From Pyrinomonadaceae bacterium (GTDB taxonomy: Bacteria; Acidobacteriota; Blastocatellia; Pyrinomonadales; Pyrinomonadaceae), in assembly GCA_046313635.1 (NCBI GenBank), contig JBKBYA010000006.1, positions 96,001 through 160,000 on the forward strand: 64,000 nt of DNA. Direction: 5' to 3'. Each line of letters begins with the position of its first letter. Position 1 is the first letter of the stretch. This document shows, one piece after another, positions 21,969 to 31,520 of the stretch. Under the pieces are notes generated by a model. That model made no database searches and had not been told where the DNA came from. It saw nothing but the letters and a program-made list of their open reading frames with translations. The translations under genes and the position numbers were made by a program.

Positions 21969-22135
21969 CCTTTCACTCCAGATACGATCGGAACGGTGCG
22001 TGAACTGCGGCAATTTTAGGCACGCACGACGACGGGTGTCAATCAGGTCGCCGAGACGGCAATTGTTTGACGGATAATCCTGCGAAAGTTACTCTTTTGT
22101 TACGTCAAAACAGGCGGCGCCCACACGTCGATCTT

Positions 22136-22897
22136 ATGGATCATGCCTTAACTCAGATCATCGAGACATACGGGATATATGCCGTTTTCGCCCTGTGCAC
22201 CGTCGAGGGCGACATCACTCTCCTGTTGTCCGGGGTCATGGCCCACAGCGGATTCTTTGGGCATTACAGCTTTTTCAAGGTCCTCATCTTCGGCACGCTC
22301 GGCGGGATGGCGGGCGATCTGGCGGCGTACTTTGTGGGCCGGCGCTTTCACGACTCGGTAAAGAATTATTCCTTTTATCAAATGGCCCAGCCGCGCATCG
22401 AGCGGCTCGTCGACAAATTCGGCCCGTACGCGATCGTCATCTCAAAGTACATCTACGGCCTGCGCATCGCGATCACGCTCTTTTACGGTATAGGGCGGAT
22501 GCCTTTTTGGCGTTTTTTGTGGCTCGACGCGGTGAGCTGCTTTATCTGGGTCTTTTTGCTGAGCGGCGCCGGATACTTTTTCAGCGGGGCCATCACGTCG
22601 ATCATCGGCGACTTTCAGCAGATCGGCATCGCGCTGTTCTTTATCGTGCTGACCGGCGTCATCGTCTTTTACGTGCTGGAACGCTTCTGGCTGTCGGAGA
22701 AGGTCGAGGAAGCAAGCCCCGAGACGATACACAAGATCGAGGAGACCCTTCACGGTATCGAAGAGGTCGCGCACGTCAAGCTTCACGACCTCTCGGAAAA
22801 GCTCCATATCGCCCGCGAGCACCCCGCCGAGGACAAGGACGCCGCTCCTGCGGCCGCCCCTCCGCTCGCCGAATCGAAAAAGGCCGCCCGCAAGTAG
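22136..22897 (+). CDS. DedA family membrane protein
   Basis: YGIYAVF...VEGD, GGMAGD..AY.VGR, SKYIYGLR. Confidence 0.85.
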   Translation: MDHALTQIIETYGIYAVFALCTVEGDITLLLSGVMAHSGFFGHYSFFKVLIFGTLGGMAGDLAAYFVGRRFHDSVKNYSFYQMAQPRIERLVDKFGPYAIVISKYIYGLRIAITLFYGIGRMPFWRFLWLDAVSCFIWVFLLSGAGYFFSGAITSIIGDFQQIGIALFFIVLTGVIVFYVLERFWLSEKVEEASPETIHKIEETLHGIEEVAHVKLHDLSEKLHIAREHPAEDKDAAPAAAPPLAESKKAARK

Positions 22898-22980
22898 TCC
22901 GCTCGCGATATTGAATCGCCGCCGACTTACGCTAAACTAACTCGTCATCCTTTTTCGTTTTCTGAGGAAATAGCAACCAA

Positions 22981-23988
22981 GTGATCATCGAATCTACCGC
23001 GCCCACGAGGGTCGATCTCGCCGGCGGCACCATCGACATTCCGCCGCTGTACTTGTTTCACGAAGGCGCAGCTACGGTGAATTTCGCCGTCAGCCTGCTC
23101 GCCAAATGCCGCATCGAGACCCGAACAGACGACAAGGTCGTGCTCGAGTCGATCGACCGCGGTCTGCGATTTGAGACACGGCTCGACAGCATTCACGAGC
23201 TCAAGAACGAACCGCGGCTCGAGCTGCTGTCAAAGCTCGTTTACTTTTTCAGGCCCGAGACGGGCTTTACGATGACGACGCTCTCCGAGGCTCCGGCCGG
23301 TGCCGGGCTCGCGGGCTCGTCGACGCTGAATATCGCCTGCATCGGCGCTCTCAACAAGCTTGTGGGCGACCGCTACTCGCCCGAACGATTTATCCCGATC
23401 GCCGCCGCGATCGAATGCCAGGTGATCAAGGTGCCGACCGGTTATCAGGACTATTACTCGGCTCAGTTTGGCGGCGTTTCGTGCATTCACTTTGGCCCGG
23501 CGGGAATGCACCGCGAGGCGCTCGACGTCGATCCGTCCACGCTCGAGGAGCGCATCGTCGTCATCTATACCGGCGAGCCGCGCAATTCGGGGACCAACAA
23601 CTGGGAGATCACCAAACGCCACATCGACGGCGACCCGGAGCTATTCGATATTTTTGAAGGCATCCGCGACACTTCGCTCACGCTTCGCGACGAGCTGATC
23701 GCCGGCGACTGGACGGCCGTCGGCGAAACGCTCCGCAAGGCATACCCGCAGCGCAAGCGCCTCTCGCCTCACATCACGACGCCGCATATGGACGAACTTA
23801 TCGACGCCGCACTTGCCAGCGGCGCCATCGCCGCAAAGGTCTGCGGAGCGGGCGGCGGCGGCTGCATCGCCTTTTACTGCCGCGAAGGCCGCCGCGACGA
23901 GGTCGTCTCGGCAATGAACGCCGCCGAGGGCGCCGAAGTGCTGAATTGGCGCGTCGATACCGACGGCCTGCGTGTGACGGTCTCGTAA
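22981..23988 (+). CDS. GHMP kinase (HddA-like heptose-7-phosphate kinase family)
   Basis: APTRVDLAGGTID, PAGAGLAGSS, GYQDYY, KVCGAGGGG. Confidence 0.88.
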   Translation: MIIESTAPTRVDLAGGTIDIPPLYLFHEGAATVNFAVSLLAKCRIETRTDDKVVLESIDRGLRFETRLDSIHELKNEPRLELLSKLVYFFRPETGFTMTTLSEAPAGAGLAGSSTLNIACIGALNKLVGDRYSPERFIPIAAAIECQVIKVPTGYQDYYSAQFGGVSCIHFGPAGMHREALDVDPSTLEERIVVIYTGEPRNSGTNNWEITKRHIDGDPELFDIFEGIRDTSLTLRDELIAGDWTAVGETLRKAYPQRKRLSPHITTPHMDELIDAALASGAIAAKVCGAGGGGCIAFYCREGRRDEVVSAMNAAEGAEVLNWRVDTDGLRVTVS

Positions 23989-24040
23989 ACGCACGGTACC
24001 TCGAGCCAGCCCGCGCGAACGGGAACGCACCGCGCAAAAC

Positions 24041-24065
24041 GAGGCCGCCCTTTCAGGTAGCCTCT
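24041..24065. terminator. Hairpin between convergent genes; related to the MITE-like ends at 54007 and 56404
   Basis: GAGGCCGCC-CTTTCA-GGTAGCCTC; reverse complement AGAGGCTACCTGAAAGGGCGGCCTC. Confidence 0.5.
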
Positions 24066-24090
24066 CTAATGCACGCGGTGTCCTTCGTCT

Positions 24091-24795
24091 CTAGACCGAA
24101 ACGGCCGCTCCGACGGCCAGGTTGAGCGAGCGAAAGATCGGCAGACCGTCGCTCGAGCCGAGCAGTCCCTCACATGCGCGTTCCGGATGCGGCATCATCC
24201 CGAGCACGTTGCGGTCAAGATTACAGATGCCGGCGATATTCGAACCGGCACCGTTGGGATTGGCCGCCTTTGTGATCTCGCCCTTTTCGTCGCAATAGCG
24301 AAAGACTATCTGCCCGTTCTCTTCGAGCTGCCGCATCGTCGCCTCGTCACAGACGTAATTGCCCTCGGCGTGCGCGATCGGCAGAGAGAGGATCGCACCT
24401 TTTTCGAGCTCGCTCGTGAACGGCGTGTTATTGTTCTCGACCCGTACGTTGACGTGGCGGCAGACGAAGTGCAGATTCTCGTTGCGGATCAGCGCTCCCG
24501 GCAGCAGGCCGGCCTCGCAGAGTATCTGAAAGCCGTTGCAGATGCCGAAAACGAACTTCCCCTCGGCCGCAAACTCCTTGACCGCACCCATCACCGGCGA
24601 AAACCTCGCCAGCGCTCCCGCACGCAGATAATCGCCGTACGAGAATCCGCCCGGGATCAATATCGCGTCGTACCCGCTCAGATCGGTCTCTTTGTGCCAG
24701 ATAAAATCGACCGGCTGACCGACATGCTTTGACAGCACATGATAAGCGTCGTGGTCACAATTGGAACCGGGAAAAACTATTACTCCGAATTTCAT
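24091..24795 (-). CDS. purQ: Phosphoribosylformylglycinamidine synthase glutaminase subunit
   Basis: [42 protein letters not shown]. Confidence 0.97.
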   Translation of the reverse strand: MKFGVIVFPGSNCDHDAYHVLSKHVGQPVDFIWHKETDLSGYDAILIPGGFSYGDYLRAGALARFSPVMGAVKEFAAEGKFVFGICNGFQILCEAGLLPGALIRNENLHFVCRHVNVRVENNNTPFTSELEKGAILSLPIAHAEGNYVCDEATMRQLEENGQIVFRYCDEKGEITKAANPNGAGSNIAGICNLDRNVLGMMPHPERACEGLLGSSDGLPIFRSLNLAVGAAVSV

Positions 24796-25223
24796 GGGTT
24801 TGGTTTTGGTTCGTTGTTCGTTGATCGTTGTTCGTTGATCGTTGATCGCTGCTTTTCGAGGATCATCCTGCCGATAGAGTTGGCGTATGACTTCAACTTC
24901 GGAGCGAGCTCATCAAGCAGCGGCTTTAACAAGTCGATCTGGTCACCGGTCAGCAGTTTTCGCTTGTATGCTCGCCGCAGCCAGTGCTTTGTTTCGTTAA
25001 CCGAGCCGCGGGCGATGTAAATAAAACGCTCGTTATCCTGCAACCCGAAACGGCCGGTTCCTTCGGCGATATTAGCCCCAATACTGTCTGCCGCTCGAAT
25101 GAGCTGCTTGCCGACCAAATCTCTAGCCAGATCGTCCCAGGACGAGACGATCTCCCAAACGCGGTCCGCGATCGCCTCCGCGAGCTGGTAGACACGCAAG
25201 TTCTCAAAATTGCTCCGCTCCAT
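24792..25223 (-). CDS. Four-helix-bundle protein (23S rRNA IVP family) between purS and purQ
   Basis: [10 protein letters not shown]...[18 protein letters not shown].....N.RF.YIARGS..ETKHWL; stop overlaps purQ ATG (ATGA). Confidence 0.92.
   Translation of the reverse strand: MERSNFENLRVYQLAEAIADRVWEIVSSWDDLARDLVGKQLIRAADSIGANIAEGTGRFGLQDNERFIYIARGSVNETKHWLRRAYKRKLLTGDQIDLLKPLLDELAPKLKSYANSIGRMILEKQRSTINEQRSTNNEPKPNP
24810..24851 (+). repeat. Heptamer arm (T/A)TCGTTG x6
   Basis: TTCGTTG TTCGTTG ATCGTTG TTCGTTG ATCGTTG ATCGCTG; translated as the [14 protein letters not shown] tail of the four-helix protein. Confidence 0.92.
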
Positions 25224-25235
25224 ACACTGCCATTG

Positions 25236-25277
25236 CAACGATCAACGAACCACCAACAACGATCAAAGCTCAACGAT
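25236..25277 (+). repeat. Inverted heptamer arm CAACGA(T/A), degenerate, overlapping purS stop
   Basis: CAACGAT CAACGAA CCACCAA CAACGAT CAAAGCT CAACGAT; complementary to 24810-24851. Confidence 0.85.
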
Positions 25278-25511
25278 CTCAACCCTGTAATCCTCGATGA
25301 CCGGATTTGCCAGGATGTCTCTCGCGATCTTTTCGGCGGACTCGCGGGCCTCGTCTTCGGTCGCCGAGTCGTTGATCTCGATCTCGAAGTACTTCCCTTG
25401 ACGAATATCGTCGATCTTTTCAAAGCCGAGCAGTTCGGCCGAGTGATGGATCGCTTTGCCCTGCGGATCGAGCACGCCTGATTTGAGTGTCACGTATACT
25501 TTCGCCTTCAT
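25263..25511 (-). CDS. purS: Phosphoribosylformylglycinamidine synthase subunit PurS
   Basis: VTLKSGVLDPQGKAI, IRQGKYFEI, LANPVIEDY. Confidence 0.97.
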   Translation of the reverse strand: MKAKVYVTLKSGVLDPQGKAIHHSAELLGFEKIDDIRQGKYFEIEINDSATEDEARESAEKIARDILANPVIEDYRVEIVEL

Positions 25512-25653
25512 TTATTGCTCCGAAATAAATTGTAGATTCTGGCCCAGCACGTTGTAGAAATCAAAGTCTTGTGCTAATTTTCTGGCGAATTTGGCTTTCC
25601 GTAACCCCGCAGCTCGTGCGAAGGATATCCAAAAAAGGAGAACTTCAGATCAA

Positions 25654-26037
25654 ATGCAAAATCAAAAGTCTGCGATCGGATTAGATGCGAACATTACAGC
25701 GCTTATCGGTTACCCGATCGGCATACTCGCCCTCGTTCTCATCTTCATTGAAAAGGAGAACAAGTTTGTCCGGTTTCACGCAATCCAGTCAGTGCTATGG
25801 TCTGTCGCTCTGACGGTTCTCATCATATTGATTGCGATCGTCGGGACCGTCATCGGGCTGGTAGCTGCGTCGATGTCTGAGACTCTGGCATGGGCCGTCG
25901 GAGCAGTCATTGTCCTTATTTACTTCGGTGCCTTCATCGGCCTCTTTGCGGGGATCATCTATGGTGCGGTAAAGGCCTACGGCGGCAGTATGGCCAAGCT
26001 TCCATTTGTTGGCGGCTTTGCCGAAAAATGGTCGTAA
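25654..26037 (+). CDS. DUF4870-like membrane protein
   Basis: GLDANITALIGY, EKENKFVRFHAIQS, KLPFVGGFA; AGGAG RBS upstream. Confidence 0.8.
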   Translation: MQNQKSAIGLDANITALIGYPIGILALVLIFIEKENKFVRFHAIQSVLWSVALTVLIILIAIVGTVIGLVAASMSETLAWAVGAVIVLIYFGAFIGLFAGIIYGAVKAYGGSMAKLPFVGGFAEKWS

Positions 26038-26115
26038 TGCCGTGCGGCCGCACTCTTGTCCTCGTCACCTTATCTTTTGCAACTGCCGGCCGTCCGGTAA
26101 TTCAATTTTAAATGT

Positions 26116-26475
26116 ATGAACGGTTATTTCCCGGGTAAACTGCAGGCCGTTGCGATCGTCCAGACAGTGATCGGATCCCTCCAAATTGTCGGCAGTATTT
26201 TTTTAGCGGTTTGGGTGCTGATCTTCGGCATCGCCACTTTCGGTGTCGGGCTTATAATGATCCCGATCCCGATCGTTTATCTCATCGTCGGGATCCTGTC
26301 GCTCGTTGCCGGTATCAAAGGCCTGCAGCGCACGCCAGCATTCGGCCTTAGTTTCGGCGTCGCTATCGCCCAGATGTTCGGAATATTCTTGTGCGACGTG
26401 GTCAGCTTCGGATGTGGGCTTGCAGGTCTGATCCTTCTGCTCCAGCCCGAGGTCAAATCATATTACGGGCGGTGA
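26116..26475 (+). CDS. Hypothetical membrane protein
   Basis: 119 aa, four hydrophobic segments, ends LLQPEVKSYY. Confidence 0.7.
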   Translation: MNGYFPGKLQAVAIVQTVIGSLQIVGSIFLAVWVLIFGIATFGVGLIMIPIPIVYLIVGILSLVAGIKGLQRTPAFGLSFGVAIAQMFGIFLCDVVSFGCGLAGLILLLQPEVKSYYGR

Positions 26476-26482
26476 CGACGGT

Positions 26483-27781
26483 TCACATCTTGCCAAATAC
26501 CCTCGCAAAAACTTTGTCGACATTTCGCAGATAGTGCTTTAGATCAAAGACGCGGGCAATTTCCTCCGGCGAGAGATGTGAGGAGATGTCCGCGTCTCGC
26601 ATTACAAGCTCCTTGTACTCGCCCCCCTCGTCCCACACCTTCATCGCGTTTCGCTGCGTGTAAACGTACGCGTCCTCGCGCGAGACGCCCTTTTGCGTGA
26701 GTGCGAGCATGAGCTGCCCGCTGAAGACAAGCCCGCGCGTGAGCTCGAGATTCTTCATCATGTTCTCGGGGTAAACGACGAGCGTGTCGAGCAGCGATGT
26801 CGCTTTGGCGAGAATGTAGTCGAGCGCGGCGGACGAATCGGGCAGCACGATGCGCTCGGCAGACGAGTGCGAAATGTCGCGCTCGTGCCAGAGGGCGATG
26901 TTCTCGAGACCAACGATCGCGTTAGCTCGGACGGTGCGGGCCATTCCGCAGATGCGCTCCGAGAGGATCGGGTTACGCTTGTGCGGCATCGCGGACGAGC
27001 CCTTCTGCCCGGTCTTGAACTTCTCCTGCGCCTCGCGCACCTCGGTCCGCTGCCAGTGCCTCACTTGCAGCGCGATCTTCTCGAGCGTGCCGGCGATGAT
27101 CGCGAGCGTCGAGAGATACTCGGCGTAACGGTCGCGCTGAATGACTTGCGTCGAGACGTCGGCGGCCTTGATACCAAGCCGCTCGCATACGCGCTCCTCG
27201 ACGCTCGGGTCGAGATGCGCAAAAGCGCCGACCGCTCCGCTGATCTTGCCGACGGCGACCCGCTCGCGTGCGGTCTGCAGGCGCTCGCGGTTGCGCTGCA
27301 TTTCCGAGTACCAGAGCGCCCACGTCAGCCCGAACGATGTCGGCTCGGCGTGGATGCCGTGCGTGCGGCCGATCTGCGGCGTGTCTTTGAATTCGAACGC
27401 GCGGCGCTTGAGCACTTCCATCAGCTCGTCGACCTTTGCGAGCAGAATGTCGCACGCCTCCTTGAGCAGCAACGCATTCGCAGTGTCGACGACGTCGCTC
27501 GACGTCAGCCCGTAATGCACAAATCTGGCCGCAGGCCCGATGTTCTCCGCAAGATTCGTCGTAAAGGCGATCACGTCGTGGTCGGTCGTCTTCTCGATCT
27601 CGTTGACGCGCTCGACCGTGAAAGCCGCCTTCGCCTTTATCTCCTCGAGCGCGTCCGCCGGGATGACGCCGTCCTCGGCGTGCACCTCGCAGACGGCGAT
27701 CTCGACGTCGAGCCATTTCTGGAACTTGTTCTGGAGCGACCAAACGGCGCCCATTTCAGGAAGTGTGTAGCGTTCGATCAT
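26483..27781 (-). CDS. purB: Adenylosuccinate lyase
   Basis: MIERY, HYGLTSSD, GRTHGIHAEP, GSSAMPHKRNP. Confidence 0.97.
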   Translation of the reverse strand: MIERYTLPEMGAVWSLQNKFQKWLDVEIAVCEVHAEDGVIPADALEEIKAKAAFTVERVNEIEKTTDHDVIAFTTNLAENIGPAARFVHYGLTSSDVVDTANALLLKEACDILLAKVDELMEVLKRRAFEFKDTPQIGRTHGIHAEPTSFGLTWALWYSEMQRNRERLQTARERVAVGKISGAVGAFAHLDPSVEERVCERLGIKAADVSTQVIQRDRYAEYLSTLAIIAGTLEKIALQVRHWQRTEVREAQEKFKTGQKGSSAMPHKRNPILSERICGMARTVRANAIVGLENIALWHERDISHSSAERIVLPDSSAALDYILAKATSLLDTLVVYPENMMKNLELTRGLVFSGQLMLALTQKGVSREDAYVYTQRNAMKVWDEGGEYKELVMRDADISSHLSPEEIARVFDLKHYLRNVDKVFARVFGKM

Positions 27782-28908
27782 AGGTCTCGGTTGTCAGGCG
27801 TGTCCTCAGCGGCGGCCGCCTCCTCTCGCGCTTCGTCGAGAGCCTCGCGATTCAGCTCCGTGTTCCGATCACCGAGCACGTCCTCGATATAGACCATCTG
27901 GACAAGCACCATGACCATCGCGAGCAGAGGCGTAGCGAGCACGAGCCCGAGCCCGCCGACGAGCACGGCGAGCGAGAGCTGAAACATGATCGTCAGTGCC
28001 GGCGGCAGCTCGACGGTCTCTTTTTCGATCAGCGGCGTGACGATGTTTGACTCGATGAGCTGCACGATCACGTAGAGCCCTGCGGTGTAGAGTGCCTTTT
28101 GCGGGCTGTCGACGAATGCCAAAAGGATCGCCGGCAGCGCCGAGAGTATCGGCCCAAAGTTTGGAATGAATGACAGCAGCCCCGCCAGCAGCCCAAGCGT
28201 CAAAGCGAGCCGCACGTCGAGGATCGACAGACCGATCCACGTCAGCACGCCGATGAACAGCATCGAGCCGGCCTTGCCGATCAGCCACCAGCGAAGCATC
28301 GATCCGGTCGCCGAGACGATCTCGAGCACGCGCCGGCGCGTCGCGATCGGGAACAGCTTTACAAGGCCGCCGATATAGAACGCCGGGCTCGCCGCGAAAT
28401 ACACCGCGAGCAGCACCGTGATGAGAAAGTTGCCGACCGCTCCGACCGTCGAAGAAAAAACTCCGCCGACGCTCGTCAGAAAGGTCGATGCGCTGACGCC
28501 CCTCATCACCTCGTCAAAGCTCGGCAACTGATTGAGCAGCGTGCGGCCCCAGCCGAATTGCGAGACGTAATCGGCCGCGGCCCTCGCAGAACGCGGCAGA
28601 TCGGTGCGAAGGTGATCGATCTCGCTGCCGACATTCGGCGCGAGCAGCACGATAGCCGCGGCCGCCGTGACCAGCAAAAAGACCGCGACGATCATCACTC
28701 GCCAGCCTTCGCTTATCTTGACGACATAGCCAAGTACGTCGCCAAGGCCTCGCAAAAAGATCGACAGAAGCACCGCCGCAAAGATCAGCAGCAGAACGTC
28801 GAACGTGAAGTAAATGAGTACGAGTACGAGTAAAGTGAGGACGACGAGGCCGATGACGATCAAAACTCGCTCGGCAAAGGTCTTGTCCGGGTCTTCGCGT
28901 TTCAGCAT
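27778..28908 (-). CDS. AI-2E family transporter
   Basis: Multi-TM; GLLSFIPNFGP, VQLIESNIVTP, GLVLATPL. Confidence 0.9.
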   Translation of the reverse strand: MLKREDPDKTFAERVLIVIGLVVLTLLVLVLIYFTFDVLLLIFAAVLLSIFLRGLGDVLGYVVKISEGWRVMIVAVFLLVTAAAAIVLLAPNVGSEIDHLRTDLPRSARAAADYVSQFGWGRTLLNQLPSFDEVMRGVSASTFLTSVGGVFSSTVGAVGNFLITVLLAVYFAASPAFYIGGLVKLFPIATRRRVLEIVSATGSMLRWWLIGKAGSMLFIGVLTWIGLSILDVRLALTLGLLAGLLSFIPNFGPILSALPAILLAFVDSPQKALYTAGLYVIVQLIESNIVTPLIEKETVELPPALTIMFQLSLAVLVGGLGLVLATPLLAMVMVLVQMVYIEDVLGDRNTELNREALDEAREEAAAAEDTPDNRDL

Positions 28909-28911
28909 TCT

Positions 28912-29952
28912 TTAGATGATGCCTTTGTCAATGAGAAGCTCTGCGTTCAGGATCGCCGCGCCGGCCGCTCCGCGGACGGTATTGTGACTGAGACTGACAA
29001 AGCGGTAGTCGAAGACCGTATCCGGAAAGATGCGTCCGACCGTGATCGTCATACCTCGGCCGTTGTCGCGGTCGAGCCGCGGCTGCGGACGGGCCGGATC
29101 TTCGGTCACCTCGATAAAGCGCTCGGGCGACGAATGAAGTTTGAGGCCTTCAAATTCGCGCATCGCCTCGATGATCTCCTCGAGCGTCGCCCTCTGTTTG
29201 AGCTTTACTCTAACGGACGCGGTGTGCCCGTCGACGACATTCACCCTGAAGCACTGCGCCGAGACCGCAAAGTCCGCCGCCTTCACTGACGAGCCGTCGA
29301 GATCGCCTAGTATCTTCTGCGCCTCGGTCTCGACCTTTGGCTCCTCGCCCGAGATGTACGGGACGACGTTGTCCGTGATGTCGAGCGACGGTACACCGGG
29401 ATAGCCGGCACCTGAGATCGCCTGCATTGTCGTCACGATCGCGGCGTCGATGCCGAACTTGCGGTGAATTGCCGCCAGCGGCGGCGCGATGCTGACGACA
29501 GCGCAGTTCGGATTGGTGACAATAAAGCCTTTTGTGAATCCGCGCTTTTGCCGCTGAACGTCGATCAGGCCGAGATGTTCGGGATTGATCTCGGGGATCA
29601 GCAGCGGCACGTCCTCGTCCATCCGGTACGCCGACGAGTTGCTGATCACCGGGTAGCCCGCGCGTGCAAACGCCTCCTCGGTCTCGCGGGCGACATTCGA
29701 CGGCAAACTCGAAAAGACGATGTCGCAGTCGAGCGGCGGCTCGATCGGCTGGACGGTGATCTCGCGCACGCCCTCGGGAATGCTGCCCGTGAGCTTCCAC
29801 GCGCAGGCCTCGGCGAATGATTTCCCAGCCGAGCGGTCAGACGCGGCCAGGGCCGTGATCTCAAATTGAGGATGCCCCTGCAGCAGCTGGATAAAGCGCT
29901 GACCGACGGTTCCCGTCGCACCCAGAATGCCAACGCGGTATGTCTTGCTCAT
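28912..29952 (-). CDS. asd: Aspartate-semialdehyde dehydrogenase
   Basis: GILGATGTVGQRF, TNPNC, QAISGAG, SHNTVRGAAG. Confidence 0.96.
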   Translation of the reverse strand: MSKTYRVGILGATGTVGQRFIQLLQGHPQFEITALAASDRSAGKSFAEACAWKLTGSIPEGVREITVQPIEPPLDCDIVFSSLPSNVARETEEAFARAGYPVISNSSAYRMDEDVPLLIPEINPEHLGLIDVQRQKRGFTKGFIVTNPNCAVVSIAPPLAAIHRKFGIDAAIVTTMQAISGAGYPGVPSLDITDNVVPYISGEEPKVETEAQKILGDLDGSSVKAADFAVSAQCFRVNVVDGHTASVRVKLKQRATLEEIIEAMREFEGLKLHSSPERFIEVTEDPARPQPRLDRDNGRGMTITVGRIFPDTVFDYRFVSLSHNTVRGAAGAAILNAELLIDKGII

Positions 29953-30065
29953 AAAGTCTCGCAAACCAAGTCACGTATTTTCGCACCTATTACAACGCCG
30001 CGCAAAAAAGCCGGGATCCTCTTGAATCCCGGCCAATAACTCGTGCCTCGATCTGACGAGATCTG

Positions 30066-31226
30066 TTAGAGAGACAACGCCTCCTTCATTCGCCGGACGC
30101 CCTCCGCCATACGCTCTTCGGTATTGCAGAAAGAGATCCGCAGGAAACCTTTGGCCTCGCTGCCAAAGGCGACGCCGGGCACGGTGATGACTCGATTTTG
30201 CAGACACCTTTCGGCGATCTCGATGTCGTCGCCGAGGCTGCGGACGTCGAGCATCGTGTAGAACGCGCCTTCGGGCGATGTGGCTTTCAGGCCGAGCTCT
30301 TTGGCAAAGAGGTCGACGAGGAATTCGCCGCGGCGCTTGTAAACGTCGCGGGCGTGCTGCTTAGCCGCCTCGGCCTCGGCGGTCCAGCCCAGCAGCGAGG
30401 CTTTTTGCGTGATGGTCGAGGTGCAAACGGTCAAGAATCCGTGCAGCACGTGAATGCCGCGCATCACCTCGGGCCGCGAGCTCGCCGCCCAGCCGAGACG
30501 CCATCCTGTCATGCTGAGCGACTTTGAGAGGCCGCTGACGATCACCGTCCGATCGTAAAACTCCGAAGCCGATCGCGGCCGCTCGGTAAAGTACAGGTCC
30601 GAGTAGATCTCGTCGGCGATGAGATAAATTCCCGTTCCTTTCAACGCCTCGGCGATCTGCTCGAGATCGGCCGGCGTGAGGATCTTGCCGGTCGGATTTG
30701 ACGGGCTGATGACGACCGCAGCTTTTGTCTTCGGCGTGATCGCGCGTTTGAACTCGTCGATGTCGAACGCAAATTCGCGGTCGGCCGGCATGCGGTAATA
30801 GACCGGATTGCCCTGCGAGATCTTGACGCACGCGTCATACGCCGGAAAGCTCGGGTCCGGCAAAAGCACGTCGTCGCCGCGATCGACGATCGCGAGGAAT
30901 GCGGCGGTCATCGCCTCCTGCGAGCCGCAGGTGACGACGACGTCGCTCGATCCTAAATTCAAATGCGGATATTGCTCGGCGATCTTTTCGCGAAGTGCGA
31001 GCAGGCCCGGATGCGACGTGTAGCCGTTCTGCTCGTCGCGGGCGATCCTCGCCGCCTCGTCACGCATGAACTGCGGCGTCGGCAGGTCGGGCTCGCCCAG
31101 GCCGAAGTTGATGCTCTCGGGCAGCGCGCGTTCAAAGAACTGCCTGATCAGCGTCGGCTGCAGTCCCTGCAGACGCTCGGGCACGTGAAACTCGTTTGAC
31201 TCGATCATCTCGACCGTTGAACTCAT
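30066..31226 (-). CDS. PLP-dependent class I/II aminotransferase (candidate N-acyl-DAP aminotransferase)
   Basis: INFGLGEPD, SPSNPTG, ADEIY, SGLSKSLSMTGWRLG; located in the dap operon. Confidence 0.88.
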   Translation of the reverse strand: MSSTVEMIESNEFHVPERLQGLQPTLIRQFFERALPESINFGLGEPDLPTPQFMRDEAARIARDEQNGYTSHPGLLALREKIAEQYPHLNLGSSDVVVTCGSQEAMTAAFLAIVDRGDDVLLPDPSFPAYDACVKISQGNPVYYRMPADREFAFDIDEFKRAITPKTKAAVVISPSNPTGKILTPADLEQIAEALKGTGIYLIADEIYSDLYFTERPRSASEFYDRTVIVSGLSKSLSMTGWRLGWAASSRPEVMRGIHVLHGFLTVCTSTITQKASLLGWTAEAEAAKQHARDVYKRRGEFLVDLFAKELGLKATSPEGAFYTMLDVRSLGDDIEIAERCLQNRVITVPGVAFGSEAKGFLRISFCNTEERMAEGVRRMKEALSL

Positions 31227-31231
31227 CTCGG

Positions 31232-31489
31232 TTACTTCTCGCCGCCTTCGTCCGACGATGCGGAATTGTCGTCGTCGAGTTCTTCTTCGATCTCCTCGCG
31301 GATCGTTCCGACCTCGACGTTGAATTCGCCCTCGGCACGCGTCAGCGGGTCGCCGGTCAGCACGCCGCCGATCGTCTCGATCTCGCCGACGATGAACTGC
31401 GAAAAGCCCGACATCGTCCCGCCGTCCTCGGTATCGGCAGTCACGGGCTCGGTCGACGCGGCCTCGTCCTTCTCTTTTTCGTTCGACAT
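31232..31489 (-). CDS. Small acidic hypothetical protein (weak CsbD-like motif)
   Basis: 85 aa, very acidic; GVLTGDPLTRAEG resembles CsbD G..tGd....aEG. Confidence 0.6.
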   Translation of the reverse strand: MSNEKEKDEAASTEPVTADTEDGGTMSGFSQFIVGEIETIGGVLTGDPLTRAEGEFNVEVGTIREEIEEELDDDNSASSDEGGEK

Positions 31490-31520
31490 ATTTTTATCTT
31501 ATTTGATTTACGCCAAAAGC

